The position numbers and the translations under genes were made by a program. 20,000 bases of DNA from an uncultured virus (IMG/VR IMGVR_UViG_3300023108_000018) (lineage: Duplodnaviria; Heunggongvirae; Uroviricota; Caudoviricetes): IMG/VR virus record IMGVR_UViG_3300023108_000018. One strand, given 5' to 3'. The notes under the pieces are model-generated. The model saw nothing but the letters and a program-made list of their open reading frames with translations, did no database searches and had not been told where the DNA came from. Shown in pieces: positions 16,680-20,000 of this stretch. How positions within the stretch are numbered: position 1 is the stretch's first letter; each line of letters starts with the position of its first letter.

Positions 16680-17591
16680 TTACGATTCAGTCGCAAGTCT
16701 CTTGAAGTAATCCATCGCATCATCACCTTCTTCGACACTATTACTTGAAGTTGAATCTGCTGATGAGATTACAGGTTCATCTGCAGTACCTTCTGTGTTA
16801 ACATTAGACCAAGGCACTTCGTCAAGGTCTTCTGCAACTGATTCTGCAGTTGATGTTGTGGTTACTCCACCTGAGAGACCTAACACTCTGTCAAGTTTCT
16901 CTTTGAGTTCTTCATAAGATTTGAACTCGTTAGGTGCAATAATCTCAGACAATGAATTAACTGAAGTATATATGTCGTTCAGTTGATTTTCATCATCAAA
17001 AAGTGGTGCAGGTGTCTCGAACTCTGACTTATCATAGTTCCAGTAACCATCTACTTTTCTGATTTTGATTTTGAAGTTTGCACCTTCTCCTCTCAAGTCA
17101 AAAGGATTGATTGCAGCCTCGTCCTCAAATGCAGGACTGATTGCCTCTTTCAACTGTTCAAAGATTTTTTTCCCATAACGATAAAGGAAGACTTTACCTT
17201 CGTTGTCAGGATTTTTAGGGTCTGAAACAACATAGATGTTAGACACATAGTGTAAACGTCTTTTCTGTTTACGTGCCTGTTCTTTGTTTGCTTCGATTCC
17301 AGTGTTCCACAACTGAGTGTTGTATTCACTGACAGGGTCTTGTTTACCAAGAGTCGTTAAAGACTTCTCGATATACCATCCACCTGGCCCTTGAAATCCG
17401 TGATCCCAGTATGAGACCCAAGGCATTTCTTCTCCTTCAGGGGTAGGTAAGAAACGAATGATTGCGAAACCATTACCTGATTTATCAAGTTCAGGTTTCC
17501 AAAATCTATCGTCGGAATAGGACTTTTTTTCTCCTCCTGTTTGGGGAGTAGCGGATTCCATAGCCGCTCTGAGTTTTTCTAAAGATGACAT
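16680..17591 (-). CDS. gp32: Single-stranded DNA-binding protein gp32
   Basis: DDRFWKPELDKSGNGFAIIRFLP...WDHGFQGPGGWYIEKSLTTLGKQDPVSEYN...RKQKRRLHYVSNIYVVSDP..P.NEGKVFLYRYGKKIF...GANFKIKIRKVDGYWNYDKSEF; acidic tail. Confidence 0.98.
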   Translation of the reverse strand: MSSLEKLRAAMESATPQTGGEKKSYSDDRFWKPELDKSGNGFAIIRFLPTPEGEEMPWVSYWDHGFQGPGGWYIEKSLTTLGKQDPVSEYNTQLWNTGIEANKEQARKQKRRLHYVSNIYVVSDPKNPDNEGKVFLYRYGKKIFEQLKEAISPAFEDEAAINPFDLRGEGANFKIKIRKVDGYWNYDKSEFETPAPLFDDENQLNDIYTSVNSLSEIIAPNEFKSYEELKEKLDRVLGLSGGVTTTSTAESVAEDLDEVPWSNVNTEGTADEPVISSADSTSSNSVEEGDDAMDYFKRLATES

Positions 17592-17621
17592 TGTATTCTC
17601 CTATTGTATTAGCATTGTATT
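17590..17621 (-). repeat. Three direct repeats of AATACAAT around the gp32 SD and start codon
   Basis: Minus strand gcAATACAATgctAATACAATaggagAATACAATG (forward ATTGTATT at 17590, 17603 and 17614). Confidence 0.85.
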
Positions 17622-17644
17622 GCATCTTATCTATTATATTAAGA

Positions 17645-18355
17645 CTAAAGATCAAACCCTTGACCTAAAGTCCACGTATCACTACTTTCATAGTAATTAA
17701 GTTTATTATACTCTACCAGTTCTAACTTGTCTAGGGAGTTTTTGAAATAAACCTTAGATTCGTTATACTCCTTTAAGAGTGCAATAAACTGAGAACGTTG
17801 TGCATCAAACACTCTATCCTCTAGTGTATATTTAGTCTGATAAAATTCCTGACCTTCATATACATTCGACACATCACCATATTGTAATGCATCAAAACCT
17901 AACAGTGTAATCTCTTCTCTTCCCTGTTCCATTGCATATCCTAATGCACTCATTCCAGTAAAAAGGTTCTTGAGATTTAAAAAATTATATATAACTATGT
18001 TATCCTGATAACTGCTGCTATAGCCCAATAAATCAGTTTCGTATTCATTCCCCATAACCACAAATCTGTCGTGTTCGATTTCGTCGACGTGGTCGTTTAT
18101 TTTCTGTTGTCCTACACCCAGTCCTAACTTCAATCCATGGAAGTATTCAATCTCTAATGGTTCCCATCCTCCGACTGCGACTTTGTGTTCTTTATAGTAT
18201 TGTTTATTAAATATGTCTACCTGTTGAGGAATGTCCATACAGAACAATATATCAGGTATCGAATCTTTAAAGATTTGATTACAACCCCACCATTCTTCCA
18301 GTGAGTCTAAATCATATTTTAATCTACTAGGGCCATTACCAACTATTGTGAGCAT
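17645..18355 (-). CDS. GT42/GT29/Maf (DUF115)-like glycosyltransferase-fold protein
   Basis: TIVGNGPS...WWGCNQIF...PDILFCMD...FTGMSALGYAMEQGREEITLLGFD mirrors the GNGPS / CNQ / TSG..A..A...G..EI.L.G.D motifs of CstII-like sialyltransferases and Maf/MptE-like proteins. Confidence 0.65.
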   Translation of the reverse strand: MLTIVGNGPSRLKYDLDSLEEWWGCNQIFKDSIPDILFCMDIPQQVDIFNKQYYKEHKVAVGGWEPLEIEYFHGLKLGLGVGQQKINDHVDEIEHDRFVVMGNEYETDLLGYSSSYQDNIVIYNFLNLKNLFTGMSALGYAMEQGREEITLLGFDALQYGDVSNVYEGQEFYQTKYTLEDRVFDAQRSQFIALLKEYNESKVYFKNSLDKLELVEYNKLNYYESSDTWTLGQGFDL

Positions 18356-18936
18356 AATTCAATTAGTTTCCTCTTGTACTTATCGTGATCGAATTGTACA
18401 AATGATCTATACTTATTAATCTTAATTGATATTTCAGGATAGACAACGGTCTCTGATATAAGTCTGTCCCAGTCTTTTGTGAATTCAATAATCTCATCCA
18501 TAATACAAAGTGTCTCTAAACTTATTTCCTTTCGCATGTATGCTTTAAGTAAACGAGGATGTTGACCGTTTGTAACTTTCAGTAGTGTATCTATTTTAAA
18601 CTTTCTCAATTGATCTGACACTTCAGTTTCAAATAGGTAGAAGAGTTTTTGATTTCTTTTCTTCCAGTCCTTATACACTCTATCTGCATCTTCATTTAGA
18701 AGATCACCTGCCCATTGATCTTTAATGGACAAGTTTGCAATATAAAAATCTTGCAGTTCGTTCTTATACGTTTTAAACAATTTACCAAAGTGGTATTTGT
18801 CTTTACGTTTGAGAAAGGATTTGATGTCTGCTTTTACTTTACCGTTGTACTTAATAAAGTTATAATCCTTGGAAGTGAAGTGTAACTTAATCCCAAGGTA
18901 TAACGTATATGCATCATATCCTTCTCGACTCGTCAT
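18343..18936 (-). CDS. gp59: Helicase loader gp59
   Basis: GYDAYTLYLGIKLHFTSKDYNFIKYNGKVKA...SFLKRKDKYHFGKL...FYIANL...W...L; NGQHPRLLKAY...ISLETLCI. Confidence 0.92.
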   Translation of the reverse strand: MTSREGYDAYTLYLGIKLHFTSKDYNFIKYNGKVKADIKSFLKRKDKYHFGKLFKTYKNELQDFYIANLSIKDQWAGDLLNEDADRVYKDWKKRNQKLFYLFETEVSDQLRKFKIDTLLKVTNGQHPRLLKAYMRKEISLETLCIMDEIIEFTKDWDRLISETVVYPEISIKINKYRSFVQFDHDKYKRKLIELCSQ

Positions 18937-19220
18937 TACGTAACGATCTTAGAATCTGCCTTGACGATTGAACTAGTTGCAGTTGCATGTGCATCTGACA
19001 CTTTATCATTTGATTTTGCAATAAACACATACGACCCAAAAGTCATACTGTCAGGATTCTCTTCTCCTGTTACTGCAACACCACGTGCAAATCCCATACC
19101 ACCATCTGCAGCCTGAACTACCATTCGTGGTTTATTAAGTGTCAGGGGTTCAAGTGTCTCAAGTACACCTACGTACTCTCCACTTGTTGCGACGACACTT
19201 ACTACATCACCTTTTTCCAT
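18936..19220 (-). CDS. Small protein with a probable Sm-like (LSm/Hfq-like) fold
   Basis: GDVVSVVATSGEYVGVL....LTLNKPRMV....GGMGF fits the Sm1 pattern of phage Sm-like proteins; strong SD AGGAG. Confidence 0.6.
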   Translation of the reverse strand: MEKGDVVSVVATSGEYVGVLETLEPLTLNKPRMVVQAADGGMGFARGVAVTGEENPDSMTFGSYVFIAKSNDKVSDAHATATSSIVKADSKIVT

Positions 19221-19229
19221 AATATACTC

Positions 19230-19466
19230 CTAATTATTAAAGAATGAAGTAATGGTTCCTGTTGAACCTTTACCTCTGTTAATTAATTTTAAACCTTGTG
19301 CTTCTGCTTCCAACTTCTCTTTGAGGGGGTCAGATAGTAATCTCTTAGTACCCTCAGGTTCGATGTTATTCATTTCACATACTTTAACGATTGCATCCAT
19401 AACACCTGCTTTACCACCTCTAATAAGTTTTTCCACTTGTTCAGTAAATTCCTTTTTACTTATCAT
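19230..19466 (-). CDS. gp33: Late transcription coactivator gp33
   Basis: KKEFTEQVEKL...MDAIVKVCEMNNIEPE...LLSDPLKEKLEAEAQGLKLI; upstream of gp59 as in T4-like phages. Confidence 0.9.
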   Translation of the reverse strand: MISKKEFTEQVEKLIRGGKAGVMDAIVKVCEMNNIEPEGTKRLLSDPLKEKLEAEAQGLKLINRGKGSTGTITSFFNN

Positions 19467-19804
19467 ATCAAAGGAGCTCCTTCAACTTCACCATAATCAA
19501 AGTTCTCTATCCAATCTTGCATTACTCTATAATATGCATAGTATGTTGGACTATGTCCATTCATATCCATACCTTGTCCATCTTCTGAATAAGGTGTTTC
19601 TAAGTAATCAATAAGTGCTTGACATTCGTCTAAGTGGACTTCAGTGAGTTCGTCTTCACTTCCTATTTCAAGATACTCTAACATATTGTCATATGCACTA
19701 TCGTATGCTTGTTGGTGAATCCAATCATCACCCTTGTTAATAATTTTACTCCAGTTCCAATCTTGTTTTAGAGTAAACTTTTCTTCATCATAAAAATTTG
19801 CCAT
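19463..19804 (-). CDS. Hypothetical acidic protein (113 aa)
   Basis: ORF with SD GAGG and an ATGA overlap into gp33; no recognisable family. Confidence 0.7.
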   Translation of the reverse strand: MANFYDEEKFTLKQDWNWSKIINKGDDWIHQQAYDSAYDNMLEYLEIGSEDELTEVHLDECQALIDYLETPYSEDGQGMDMNGHSPTYYAYYRVMQDWIENFDYGEVEGAPLI

Positions 19805-19805
19805 A

Positions 19806-20000
19806 TTAAAACCTCAAGTTATATCTGTTATCAGGGTCGACAGGGTCTACTTGTAATGGTAAACCAAAGAAGTGTTCTGCATCCCACGAATCATAGTTGT
19901 TATCCCAAAACCAGTCGTGTCCTTCTTCACTGACACCTTCTAGAATTGCATCTTCATCTGCTTCACTTCCTTCTGCAAGGTGAACATAAACATCACGTCC
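19806..20000 (-). CDS. Hypothetical acidic protein, C-terminal part (5' end beyond the window)
   Basis: Open frame ...GRDVYVHLAEGSEADEDAILEGVSEEGHDWFWDNNYDSWDAEHFFGLPLQVDPVDPDNRYNLRF* with phage-like codon usage, ending 1 nt before the next ATG. Confidence 0.7.
   Translation of the reverse strand, partial: GRDVYVHLAEGSEADEDAILEGVSEEGHDWFWDNNYDSWDAEHFFGLPLQVDPVDPDNRYNLRF

Noticed and set aside
12838..19614. ORFs 12838-13050(-), 13477-13719(-), 14177-14908(-), 14951-15325(-), 17150-17350(-) and 19252-19614(+)
   Set aside because: They overlap confident genes on the opposite strand or in another frame, and their composition is typical of shadow ORFs.
1..20000. Frequent TGCA tetranucleotide
   Set aside because: Explained by a strong GCA preference for Ala following T-ending codons; no evidence for a dispersed repeat.

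Overview
AT-rich (roughly 35% GC by eye), densely coding segment of a T4-like myophage genome. The gene order resembles marine T4-like phages, and the bS21 gene suggests a proteobacterial, probably gammaproteobacterial, host. Minus-strand baseplate operon: gp48, gp53, putative gp27-like hub, gp5 without a lysozyme domain, a 656-aa unknown, gp25 and a partial gp6. Divergent plus-strand late operon: gp4, an inserted HAD phosphatase + KdsB + ParB-like cassette, gp2, gp54, gp26, gp51, a 2-TM membrane protein and a tape-measure-like protein. Convergent minus-strand replication/regulation block: hypotheticals, gp33, an Sm-like protein, gp59, a GT42/Maf-like protein, gp32, a structured intergenic element, rpsU (bS21) and a small basic protein. 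Four observations stand out: (1) a candidate -1 ribosomal frameshift (U UUU UUU) fusing gp26 to gp51 upstream of the tape-measure gene, as in lambda G/GT; (2) an unexplained ~170-nt structured, probably pseudoknotted RNA between gp32 and rpsU; (3) an apparently leaderless bS21 gene next to a small protein with ArfA-like motifs; (4) a possible phage-encoded CMP-ulosonate activation and transfer pathway. All calls come from motif recognition; no searches were run.
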